IMG/VR virus record: IMGVR_UViG_3300023119_000004
Direction: 5' to 3' (one strand)
DNA length: 64,000 bases
Origin: a virus
Lineage: Duplodnaviria > Caudoviricetes
The notes beneath the pieces are model-generated. The model was not told where the DNA came from. It saw only the letters and a program-made list of their open reading frames with translations, and searched no databases. The translations under genes were made by a program, and so were the position numbers. Below, piece after piece: positions 35,557-43,985 of the stretch; the first letter of the stretch is position 1; every line of letters begins with the position of its first letter.

Positions 35557-37257
35557 TTACTGTTGTGAAGTTGGGTCTTGTTCTTCCGGCTGTGTTTTCT
35601 TGCGGATTTGTTTGTTTTCTACTTTGGTTATGTACGAGGTTGCGTTCGCTCTTTTTTTTTGAAACTCTGGTGTTAACTCTTCTGCGTAAAAAATTCTATT
35701 CTTAGTATCTGGAATATCACTTTCTTCTGTTTCTTTTTCTGCTTCTTTGTTTGCGGCGTCAACCCATTCATTCCATTTGTCTAAGTCTGATGTCATATTA
35801 ACTTCAGGTTCAAGTTCTTTTTGTTCTTCTTCAAAGTTAGGTGGTTCGTTAACTGCTATCTTTTCAGCACGAATTTTTTCATACTCGTCAAAGTTTACTT
35901 CTTTATTGTCATCATCTTGTACTTCAACTTGTTCCATTCGCTGATCATGTTCAGTTGTGTTGGAAGTATCATCCTCTGGTACCACAGTTCCGTCATCTGC
36001 ATCTGCATCATAACTAGGGTCTTGTAAATCTCTATCATCGTCATTATCCTTGTTTGGACCTTCTGGGTCTGACTTTGGGGGCAAACTACCTCCTTTGTCC
36101 TCACGGTACCAATTGAATGTGTACTGTGATGCAATTAGAAGCAATACTGCTAATGGGTCAAACACAAAGATAATAATAATGATTACCCAACGTACTGCCG
36201 CTTCTAATAATGTTTGATCTGCTTGTTCACCGTAGATAAATTCTGCAATATACTTAATAGGTCCTACTTCTGCTTCTAGTTTACGATATTCGCCTTCAAT
36301 TTTATATTTCTGTTCTACTAGTGTATCTATTTCTGTATTAGCATTTTTAATTCTTAATGTTTGTGTATCTATTTCTGCGTCAATGCTATCTGCTTTATCT
36401 GTATTACCTAACTGCTTACGTAATCTGTCAATAAGAGCATTTGATTGTTTAACTTGATCTTCAGCAGTCTTACGTAGACGTTTAATTTCTTCAGCGGCCG
36501 CTTTAGCCTGTGGATTATTTGTTGCTTCTTCAATCTTTTTAATTAGTGCTAAACGTTCTTTCTGTTTTTCGTCTTGCCAGTCGCCAATTTTATCTGCTGT
36601 CTTTTTACCAAAGATGCCATCTGCACTAGCACCAATCATTTGTTGTGCTTTTTTAGTTTCGCCGTTGTCAATATAACCTTGTAGTGTTTCAATTTCGGCA
36701 TCTATTTTAGCAAGTTCACTACGCCATAATGATGCTTGGCTATCAATTATAGCCTGTTGTTCATCGATGGCAGGTTGAATTCTTTTATAAGCATTGTCGA
36801 TACGTTCTTGTTCTTTGTCAATTTGTGATTGTATGTTAGCGTCAGAACCTGTACCGCTTGATTCTAGTTTTTTAATTTGATTTTCTGCACGAACAATAAT
36901 ATCTTCGTTTCGTTTAATTTCGTTCTCAATACGTTCTACTTGTGCAATACTTTCTGTACCTGCACTAGTTTGTTCAATATGTGCTTTAGATAGGAATCCA
37001 AAAATACCCATACTTGTAATAAACATTAATACGAGTACTGCTATAGATAGATACGTCTTAAGCCACCATGCGGCTCTTTCCCAGTTTCGGTGTAACCATA
37101 CTGCTGTAACTAGTTTACCTACTTCTAAAGATACACCCATTACAATAATGGGAATTGCGGCCGCGGCAAATATAGCCACTAAGCCTGCGACACTATAATA
37201 TATTGCTACTGCTGAAATTGTCAGAGCAGAAAAGAATGTTAAAAAACCTAATACCAT
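35557..37257 (-). CDS. Multi-TM coiled-coil protein (DUF4407-like); -1 frameshift isoform ends at 35486
   Basis: N-terminal TMs, GIFGFLSKAH, long coiled coil, VGPIKYIAE, FVFDPLA, acidic tail. Confidence 0.75.
   Translation of the reverse strand: MVLGFLTFFSALTISAVAIYYSVAGLVAIFAAAAIPIIVMGVSLEVGKLVTAVWLHRNWERAAWWLKTYLSIAVLVLMFITSMGIFGFLSKAHIEQTSAGTESIAQVERIENEIKRNEDIIVRAENQIKKLESSGTGSDANIQSQIDKEQERIDNAYKRIQPAIDEQQAIIDSQASLWRSELAKIDAEIETLQGYIDNGETKKAQQMIGASADGIFGKKTADKIGDWQDEKQKERLALIKKIEEATNNPQAKAAAEEIKRLRKTAEDQVKQSNALIDRLRKQLGNTDKADSIDAEIDTQTLRIKNANTEIDTLVEQKYKIEGEYRKLEAEVGPIKYIAEFIYGEQADQTLLEAAVRWVIIIIIFVFDPLAVLLLIASQYTFNWYREDKGGSLPPKSDPEGPNKDNDDDRDLQDPSYDADADDGTVVPEDDTSNTTEHDQRMEQVEVQDDDNKEVNFDEYEKIRAEKIAVNEPPNFEEEQKELEPEVNMTSDLDKWNEWVDAANKEAEKETEESDIPDTKNRIFYAEELTPEFQKKRANATSYITKVENKQIRKKTQPEEQDPTSQQ
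35651..35663 (-). other. Slippery site TTC-A9-G (candidate -1 frameshift/transcriptional slippage)
   Basis: TTT CAA AAA AAA AGA; -1 frame open for 55 codons with no start codon of its own. Confidence 0.65.
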
Positions 37258-37318
37258 GCTGTTCCTTTTTATATACATTATATTTATCGACGCTTTTGAT
37301 ATTAGATAAGTGCTATTT

Positions 37319-37759
37319 TTATCGAATAAAACGCCAACCCTTATGTCCTGACTCTTTACAAGCCGTTTCTTTAAAGTTTCTAGTTTTGCCTTTATATAAC
37401 AATGTACTTGCTAGGGTACGACAATACCCGCTACCTTGCGGATAAGTGGATAGAACTAACACTTTGCCGTTAGTTCCTGTTTGATTATTGTACCATGATG
37501 ACTCTTCGCCATTCTCTAGTGTGTTAAGAGCAAAAAAGATAGATTGTTCTTGTTTTAATCTATCTTCTTGTGGAAGTCTATACCAATGCCACTTACCTAG
37601 ATTAACTAGGATACCTACATACCCGTTGGACGGTTGATATGTTGACTCTACACTAGATAGTGTGCTATCACTTCTATGATATGTATCTTGTGATGTTGTT
37701 GAACACGCCCCTAAAAAACTAGTAAGGACTATTAACAATATACCATCGCGAAGTTTCAT
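37319..37759 (-). CDS. Lipoprotein, RT0821/Lpp0805 (17-kDa antigen C-terminal) family
   Basis: Lipobox LGAC; W.N..TG..G.V......GSGYCR....Y.G.....TACK. Confidence 0.75.
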   Translation of the reverse strand: MKLRDGILLIVLTSFLGACSTTSQDTYHRSDSTLSSVESTYQPSNGYVGILVNLGKWHWYRLPQEDRLKQEQSIFFALNTLENGEESSWYNNQTGTNGKVLVLSTYPQGSGYCRTLASTLLYKGKTRNFKETACKESGHKGWRFIR

Positions 37760-38057
37760 AACTGTTACCCTTTACTAGACAAGCATAGCCTTTACGTTCG
37801 ACCATTTGTCCATTAATGTTAACTTCATACCAATGTTCTCTACAACTTTCTGCTAGACCCATTTTAGGCGGTAGCATCTTTTTAACTACATTGTCACTAC
37901 ATTGGACAATAGTATTACTAGATACTGTCTTACCATCCTTTATTTGGATTGTTTCGTCTGTTTGGCAGTATTGTGGTATATGACTTTTTGTTGCCACTTG
38001 ACCTGTACTGCTACACGCCGACATCAGAATTACAGATAGTAGAAGAACATACTTCAT
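37719..38057 (-). CDS. Cys-rich lipoprotein
   Basis: Lipobox MSAC; four further Cys. Confidence 0.7.
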   Translation of the reverse strand: MKYVLLLSVILMSACSSTGQVATKSHIPQYCQTDETIQIKDGKTVSSNTIVQCSDNVVKKMLPPKMGLAESCREHWYEVNINGQMVERKGYACLVKGNSYETSRWYIVNSPY

Positions 38058-38058
38058 A

Positions 38059-38550
38059 TTACTGAGCCTGCTTTGATTCTAGAATCAGTCTATCAAATAC
38101 CTCTAAAGGCATTTTAATACGAACGTATGTATGAACCCTATTAGTACTTGCTAACTGATAAGAGTACTTCTTAACTTCAAGATGTTCTCTAATAGTTGTG
38201 TCCTTAACAAGGTGTTCAACTCTTGTTGAATCGTTTCGTGTGTCGTTTTTAATGTCAACAACTGTAGATGAATTTACAGTTCCGTTGATTCTTTCTGCAA
38301 AGCCTTTTACTGCGAATGCATAAGCCTGTGATTCACTTGCTTGTTCGTATAGACTTTCGCCCATACCACACGCATAAGCATAATCAGTTTTCCAGAATAA
38401 AAATCCTTCTGCACCAATTTGCTCACAGTCAGCATACCAATTTGGATTTGCCTTTGTTTCTCTAACTTCGAGTGTCTTCATCGATGTACAAGCACCTAAC
38501 ATAGATGCAACTACACCAATTAGTAACACATTCTTTAATGTGCCTTTCAT
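38059..38550 (-). CDS. Lipoprotein (LPP20-like)
   Basis: Lipobox LGAC; P.WY..C...YACG.G.S...A...A. Confidence 0.7.
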   Translation of the reverse strand: MKGTLKNVLLIGVVASMLGACTSMKTLEVRETKANPNWYADCEQIGAEGFLFWKTDYAYACGMGESLYEQASESQAYAFAVKGFAERINGTVNSSTVVDIKNDTRNDSTRVEHLVKDTTIREHLEVKKYSYQLASTNRVHTYVRIKMPLEVFDRLILESKQAQ

Positions 38551-38637
38551 AAATTTAAGCCTCCTTAGCCTATTCGTTTAATTTACTATTACAGTATATA
38601 CAAATATAAATCAAAAGTCAAGTGGAAATTTGCCAAT

Positions 38638-39096
38638 TTAATTTCGACGCATTTGTGCGATTTCTGTGGCTTGTTTCTTACCATTACCGCTATCGTCTTC
38701 AAAAATTGGAACCATATTACTTTTGTGCATTGTAGCAATGCCCAAAAGTTTTCTTTCACCTGTGTACTGCATTGGTTCCTTTTTAGTACAGGGTGAAAAA
38801 CTTGCTGACGTTTGTAAACTTGGAATGTGTTTTGTTTCACGGGTAACAGTTGGGCCACTATAGTGCCACGGTGTATTGATAACAGTTTCTGTTTTGGTTT
38901 TTGGTTTGTATTCTCCGTGAATGTAATCAATGTACTCGTCCAAAGTCATCATTAGTTTATGAAGTCCTTGTTTCTTGTATTCTTTATTTCGAATACGTAA
39001 ATCTTCTTTCCAACGATCTAACTTTGCCTGTGTAATTTTACGCTTCTTCTTAGTTGTGTTAAGAGTAGTTAAGCCTCGAGCCAAATGCATTGTCAT
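38638..39096 (-). CDS. Conserved phage hypothetical protein
   Basis: YTGERKLLGIATMHKSNMVPIF C-terminus; early promoter at 39128-39156. Confidence 0.7.
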   Translation of the reverse strand: MTMHLARGLTTLNTTKKKRKITQAKLDRWKEDLRIRNKEYKKQGLHKLMMTLDEYIDYIHGEYKPKTKTETVINTPWHYSGPTVTRETKHIPSLQTSASFSPCTKKEPMQYTGERKLLGIATMHKSNMVPIFEDDSGNGKKQATEIAQMRRN

Positions 39097-39169
39097 ATTG
39101 TCACCTTTATGTTACATTAACACACTTATTGTAGTATATAGATGACAAAAAGTCAAGTGAAATTTAGCC

Positions 39170-39193
39170 AAAAAAATAGGGCCCGAAGGCCCC
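39170..39193 (-). terminator. Rho-independent terminator after porin
   Basis: GGGGCC-TTCG-GGCCCT hairpin followed by T7. Confidence 0.8.
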
Positions 39194-39209
39194 ATCTTTT
39201 ATTTTAGTA

Positions 39210-40259
39210 TTAGAATTTGTATTTGACGCTTGCCAATACTTGCTGTGTTTCAGCGTGTTCGGCACCAGTAAATACGGAACGTCCACCTTTATCGTGGTAG
39301 TAAAGTCCCATTTCCAACCCGTCCTGTTTGTCAGAACGTTTTGAAGGATCGTAGTTTGTTGCTAGGTTATATACTACACCGTAGTAGTTACCATCATATC
39401 CTAAGTCATCATTTTCAGTTCTGTGTGCTGTAACATAAACGTTTTTGTTTACGTTATACATTACACCGTAATCTAAACGATCGTCTTTTGTATATGTGCC
39501 TGTATTCTTATCGTCCCACAGTTCAACACCCCAAACTAATGGAACGTTCCATCTGTATAAACTACCACCAATTGAATAACCTTCTTGGTCACCTTTGCCT
39601 GAATCTTCAGGAGAAGTAATACGCATATAAGATACATCTGCATAACCCATTAAACTAATTGTACCTGTTGCATAACCTACGTTTCCGTCGTTATCCCAAC
39701 CAAGTGAAACACCCCAAGGCTGTTCTTTCTTTAGTCTATATGAATCAAAATCAAATTCGTTGTCATATTCCCAACCACCAAATGTTAACACAGTTTTTTC
39801 TCTGTGATCAATTCTGTAGTTTGTTTCTGTATAGATTAGTGGAACAGAAATTTTAGGAGTCTTTGCGAATCCCATTCTTTGTGCGTCAGTTTCACCAATG
39901 TACCATCTTGCTACATCATTACCAAAACCTAATTGCTTTTCTTGAACAGTATTGTTTAATGTTGTATCTAATGAATAGTGAGTGTCGTACTTCATTGATG
40001 CCCCAATCCAATCCACTGAAAGTGTTTCAGGAATGTTTGTTGAAATACCTAGTTGCAATTCTGCACGTGAGTCCCAACCTGAATCATAGGTTTTGTCATC
40101 ATAGTAACCTTCTACTTCACCATTTACAAAAAAGCCTTGCGGCAAGTTTGGAATATTATTTTCTAAAGCCTCTACTCTTTCTTCAAGACTTTTGTCATTA
40201 GCCAATGCACCTGTTGCAAATCCAAACAGGATGGCTAACACTAATGTTAGTTGTTTCAT
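39210..40259 (-). CDS. Outer-membrane porin (beta-barrel)
   Basis: Signal peptide ..GALA, short coiled coil, alternating aromatic beta pattern, C-terminal VKYKF beta-signal; late promoter at 40321-40328. Confidence 0.75.
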   Translation of the reverse strand: MKQLTLVLAILFGFATGALANDKSLEERVEALENNIPNLPQGFFVNGEVEGYYDDKTYDSGWDSRAELQLGISTNIPETLSVDWIGASMKYDTHYSLDTTLNNTVQEKQLGFGNDVARWYIGETDAQRMGFAKTPKISVPLIYTETNYRIDHREKTVLTFGGWEYDNEFDFDSYRLKKEQPWGVSLGWDNDGNVGYATGTISLMGYADVSYMRITSPEDSGKGDQEGYSIGGSLYRWNVPLVWGVELWDDKNTGTYTKDDRLDYGVMYNVNKNVYVTAHRTENDDLGYDGNYYGVVYNLATNYDPSKRSDKQDGLEMGLYYHDKGGRSVFTGAEHAETQQVLASVKYKF

Positions 40260-40358
40260 TTTATTTGTTTTTCCTTATCTTTATTCGAATAAAAAAGACA
40301 CCTAGAGTGTCTTCTGCTTTTATTTATGCACTCAAAGAGTGCAGTTGTTTATTTCTGG

Positions 40359-40817
40359 CTAATCCCACAAATTTTCGTAGTACTTGCCAAAAAGTCGGAA
40401 GCCATTTGAAATACGTTTCTGTTCTTTATCTATTTCTTTTTTATCTTCAAGACGCATCCATACATCGTCTTTGTTTGCTTTACAATCGAACGCATATATC
40501 ATTTCGTCAAGGACCCAATCCCAACGCTTAAAATGATTGTCATCTGTTTGGCCTTGATACATTGCACTAATCTGTTCTTTCGGTGGCCACAGTTCTTTTG
40601 GAACATCTTTTTCATCTACATAAGGAGCGCCGTGTTTTGTTTCCTTTAATTGTTTGAGCATAGGTAAGATAATTGGAGCAAGTGTATGATCCATACTCCA
40701 AGTATCCCACTTGTCAATATGTACTTTTACTTTTTGTTCTGGACTGTATCCAAACTTGTCATACAGCCAATTGCTCCACGGCCAATGATCCGGGTACTTT
40801 CCAATTTTAACCTTCAT
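40359..40817 (-). CDS. Conserved phage hypothetical protein
   Basis: DTWSMDHTLAPIILPML...RWDWVLDEMI. Confidence 0.7.
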   Translation of the reverse strand: MKVKIGKYPDHWPWSNWLYDKFGYSPEQKVKVHIDKWDTWSMDHTLAPIILPMLKQLKETKHGAPYVDEKDVPKELWPPKEQISAMYQGQTDDNHFKRWDWVLDEMIYAFDCKANKDDVWMRLEDKKEIDKEQKRISNGFRLFGKYYENLWD

Positions 40818-40995
40818 AACTTACCACCTTTACGTTTTGTTCTTTGCCGGGCAAAGTAAATCCTCCTGCATATTCAAATGCTGTTTCTACATCTTCAAAT
40901 AGAACAGGCTTAAGATTCCAATCGCATTTACCTGTATTCTCTGTTACAAAAATCCAATCGTCTTTACCATCAAGGCAAATCATTATAGCGTACAC
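40807..40995 (-). CDS. Hypothetical protein
   Basis: Tightly packed small ORF. Confidence 0.6.
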   Translation of the reverse strand: MYAIMICLDGKDDWIFVTENTGKCDWNLKPVLFEDVETAFEYAGGFTLPGKEQNVKVVSYEG

Positions 40996-41186
40996 TAGTA
41001 ATCTACCTCTTCAAAACTTTCCTTAATATATGCCATATTGTATTTGGAGGGATAATGTTTTAACAATCTACTTGCTTCTTCTCTAACTGCTCGTGGCACC
41101 CGTGGATACTTCTTAGGATCTCGCAGGTCCATTAGAAATCGTTCTACGTTTAATACTGCATTTGTTCTTTCAATTGGTAATGTCAT
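40995..41186 (-). CDS. Hypothetical protein
   Basis: MTLPIER...VPRAVREEASRLLKHYP. Confidence 0.7.
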   Translation of the reverse strand: MTLPIERTNAVLNVERFLMDLRDPKKYPRVPRAVREEASRLLKHYPSKYNMAYIKESFEEVDY

Positions 41187-41497
41187 AGTTCTACAATCTC
41201 TACACCGTCGCCAAACTTTTCTTTAAGTTCGTTGTAAACGCCAGCATTGCTCATACGCAATCCTTGATAATCTTTACGCAGATTATACACACTTCCGCTG
41301 TCAGTTTCAACTGTGATGTAGTCTTTTTCAACATCAATGTTCATTGTTTTAATAGGACTGCTCATACGCCAACTGTCACCGTATAGATACGAACCACTCC
41401 AGCCTGCGAGAATTTTTTGAAACTGTTCGCCGTTGTGTTTGATTTCTAATACTACCCAAGTATCTGGGGATATACCTTGTTCTGGTTCTAGTTTCAT
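41183..41497 (-). CDS. Hypothetical protein
   Basis: KILAGWSGSYLYGDSWRMSS. Confidence 0.7.
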   Translation of the reverse strand: MKLEPEQGISPDTWVVLEIKHNGEQFQKILAGWSGSYLYGDSWRMSSPIKTMNIDVEKDYITVETDSGSVYNLRKDYQGLRMSNAGVYNELKEKFGDGVEIVEL

Positions 41498-41769
41498 TCT
41501 ATCTCTGCTCCAAAGCCATTTTCAGTAGCGTACAACTTCTTAATTTTTCTACCATCAATTTCCATTCCTAATGCTACAAATGGTCCACCACTTGGATCAA
41601 ACATTCCTAAGTCTAAAGTGTCTATACCTTCAACACCTTCTCGTCCACCATAACGGCAGTATTTCAAACTATCGCCTTCCATAGTAAATTCATATGTGCT
41701 TTCTGATACTTTTGTCCAAGTATAAGAATCACTATATCTATTTGTATATTTTACATCAGATTTAAACAT
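41494..41769 (-). CDS. Hypothetical protein
   Basis: Coupled ORF, DPSGGPF. Confidence 0.65.
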   Translation of the reverse strand: MFKSDVKYTNRYSDSYTWTKVSESTYEFTMEGDSLKYCRYGGREGVEGIDTLDLGMFDPSGGPFVALGMEIDGRKIKKLYATENGFGAEIE

Positions 41770-41953
41770 CGTCTTTTTTCTTTAGGCTCCAATTACCATT
41801 GTCTAATTCTTCCCAGATAAGTGTATCGCCAATGTCCCAACCTACTTGGGCTAATGCTTCTGGGGGGAGTTCTAAATATAATTCTTTTGTCTTGCCATCT
41901 TCTTGAACTTGAACAGTCCAAGAATTTTCACCGGTCTGTATTGGATTTCGTAT
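41762..41953 (-). CDS. AbrB/MazE-like swapped-hairpin small protein
   Basis: LYLELPPEALAQVGWDIGDTLIW. Confidence 0.55.
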   Translation of the reverse strand: MRNPIQTGENSWTVQVQEDGKTKELYLELPPEALAQVGWDIGDTLIWEELDNGNWSLKKKDDV

Positions 41954-41974
41954 CATTGCTGTCACCTTTGATAA

Positions 41975-42296
41975 TTAAAAAGTGCAACTTTTCTGTTGCT
42001 AGGGAAGTTGCCACCCCCGAGTGATTATGCCGCTAGGGCAAAATCCTCAGAAAGACGAACGTCTTTTTGCTCACCGAAGTTTACAAAAGAAACGTTGTCC
42101 AATGCTTTATCGTTTGCATCTATAACGTTTGCTTGATTTACGGTCATCGCCTACCGGTAACTCCACGTTCTCTAGTACATCAGTCGATCCCGATCACCCC
42201 CTCAAAGCACACTCTGTGAATGTGTTTTAAGTGAATGGTGGAGGTGGGGGGAATTGAACCCCCGTCCTGCCTGTGTTCGATTGGCTTCATCGTTAC
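41975..42296 (-). ncRNA. ssrA: Circularly permuted two-piece tmRNA
   Basis: Acceptor piece first (T-arm GGGGG-TTCAATT-CCCCC, CACCTCC-A-CCA ending 42236), 34-nt spacer, then coding piece starting GGGGGTG at 42201. G3:U70 Ala determinant; tag ANDKALDNVSFVNFGEQKDVRLSEDFALAA* at 42117-42025; terminator hairpin near 41975-42010. Confidence 0.92.
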
Positions 42297-42303
42297 AATA
42301 CTT

Positions 42304-42332
42304 ATTTAACTACATTTTAACGCACTTGTCAA
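42304..42332 (-). promoter_or_regulatory. tmRNA promoter TTGACA-N17-TTAAAT (overlaps TAAATA)
   Basis: Hexamer spacing. Confidence 0.6.
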
Positions 42333-42426
42333 CCGATATGACTTCATTAAGTGCTACTTTTTTAAATTTTGGATAAGTAAAATATATTTCAAACCATAAT
42401 TCTAACAATGCGAAAGGATTAATGTT

Positions 42427-42573
42427 ATGGCGAAGTTAGCAAAATCATACGTAAAACACGTAAGAACTCCAAAGAAAACAAGTCAAAGTTCTAGACGTAA
42501 ATCATGTAAAATGAGTTCTATGAACAAACACAAAAAACGTAATCATAAGTTTAATGTGGGACAAGGACGTTAA
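42427..42573 (+). CDS. Small basic protein (48 aa)
   Basis: MAK...PKKTSQ...KMSSMNKHKKRNHKFNVGQGR; SD AAAGGA; TAATG-coupled to next gene. Confidence 0.7.
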   Translation: MAKLAKSYVKHVRTPKKTSQSSRRKSCKMSSMNKHKKRNHKFNVGQGR

Positions 42574-42767
42574 TGGCGGTTAAAAAAATAAAAGGTGTAA
42601 AATCACACAATTACAAAAGATATATTAATGATGTAGAAGTTAAACCAATTAGGTTTGTATTTACTGGTGGTCGTAATTTACTTGCAGGAGCAGTTGATGG
42701 CGAGATAGTTATGGATCAAAATGGAAACCCAGTTCCTTTTCATAATATAGATTGTGATTTTAGATAA
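42573..42767 (+). CDS. Hypothetical protein
   Basis: 64 aa. Confidence 0.65.
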   Translation: MAVKKIKGVKSHNYKRYINDVEVKPIRFVFTGGRNLLAGAVDGEIVMDQNGNPVPFHNIDCDFR

Positions 42768-42769
42768 AA

Positions 42770-42997
42770 TTACTTATTAAAGTTTTCAGGGCGAGTTAAA
42801 TTGCCTGCAATCATTCTGCCTCTATTGTCAACAAGTTCATACTCAAGCATCATCTTATTTTGAATTGCTGTTATATGAGCATCGTTAAAGGCACTGATAT
42901 GAACAAAAACGTCCTGACCACCTTCGACAGGTGTTATAAAGCCATAACCCTTCTTCGAGTCAAACCATTTAAGTTTACCAGTATGTCGTTCTGCCAT
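42770..42997 (-). CDS. cspA: Cold-shock protein
   Basis: GKLKWFDSKKGYGFI (RNP1), DVFVHIS (RNP2). Confidence 0.93.
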   Translation of the reverse strand: MAERHTGKLKWFDSKKGYGFITPVEGGQDVFVHISAFNDAHITAIQNKMMLEYELVDNRGRMIAGNLTRPENFNK

Positions 42998-43121
42998 TTA
43001 TATATTCCTAATTCTCTGTTAAATTATTTAACAAAGTATTTATGCTCTATGCTGGACATTTAAATGCGTAGATACGGCACAGGACGAGCCTGTGCAGTAA
43101 CTACAATTAATAAAGATTGAA

Positions 43122-43301
43122 TTAAAGTGCGTTCTTACGCTCTTGAATTTCAGCACGTCTAGACTTCGCAAGTTTACCAATATTACCTAGTGCTTTTCTT
43201 GCTCTTGCCGCCGCGGCTTTCACGTTTTTTGAATCAAACGCTTCTGCTTCTTTTAAGTAAGCCTCATATTCGGCTACGATTTGTTCATGAATTGAAGACA
43301 T
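43122..43301 (-). CDS. Histone H1-like Hc1-family protein
   Basis: KNVKAAAARARKALGNIGKLAKSRRAEIQ; start ATG 43301 after AAGGAGA. Confidence 0.75.
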   Translation of the reverse strand: MSSIHEQIVAEYEAYLKEAEAFDSKNVKAAAARARKALGNIGKLAKSRRAEIQERKNAL

Positions 43302-43389
43302 AATTTTCTCCTTGTCTATTATAATTATCGCCATATTAAAATCATACTCGCAGATCTGGCGTTACGATGTCTAAAATGGTGAAATTGTT

Positions 43390-43713
43390 TTATTTGGTTT
43401 TTAACATATCGCCTAGTCCTGCTGGTGCAGTTACTAAGCCACTCATCTGCTGTGAGTATCCGTCAGCAAATTCTTTTTTGGTAATTGTAACTAACGTGAT
43501 AGCAGATTGTTTAATACGATATGACTTTTCTAGTTCAGCAGTAAACAAGAATGGCTGTAAGCCAATGCCTTGCTGACTAGCAACAAGAGTCAACGGTGTT
43601 TTAACTTTAATATGCTGATCGTTTTCTTCTTCAAGTTTACCAACTAACTCTTCTCCAGATACCATTTTAATAGTAATAATATCTCCAACTTTGTATGGTG
43701 CTTCGATTAACAT
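43390..43713 (-). CDS. Sm-like fold phage protein
   Basis: GDIITIKMVSGEELVGKL...P. Confidence 0.6.
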   Translation of the reverse strand: MLIEAPYKVGDIITIKMVSGEELVGKLEEENDQHIKVKTPLTLVASQQGIGLQPFLFTAELEKSYRIKQSAITLVTITKKEFADGYSQQMSGLVTAPAGLGDMLKTK

Positions 43714-43985
43714 TATATTGTATGTCCTGTTCCGTTAAATCCTGTATCTTCGATATATTTGACTAACTCTTGATAGCCGCCAATATATTTTCCTTGTAGA
43801 ATAATCTGTGGTACTGACCTTGGTTGTGGTAAGCCATTTACTTCAAATTCTTCTGTAAGTTTCTGTACTGAAATGTCAGTACCAACTTGAATTGTTTCAA
43901 ATTTTACATCTAAGTTTTTCAATACTGCCTTTGCTTTGTCGCAATAAGGACACATTGGTTTTGAGTATACTACTGTTCTGCTCAT
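43713..43985 (-). CDS. grx: Glutaredoxin
   Basis: CPYC, RSVPQI, IGGY. Confidence 0.93.
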   Translation of the reverse strand: MSRTVVYSKPMCPYCDKAKAVLKNLDVKFETIQVGTDISVQKLTEEFEVNGLPQPRSVPQIILQGKYIGGYQELVKYIEDTGFNGTGHTI

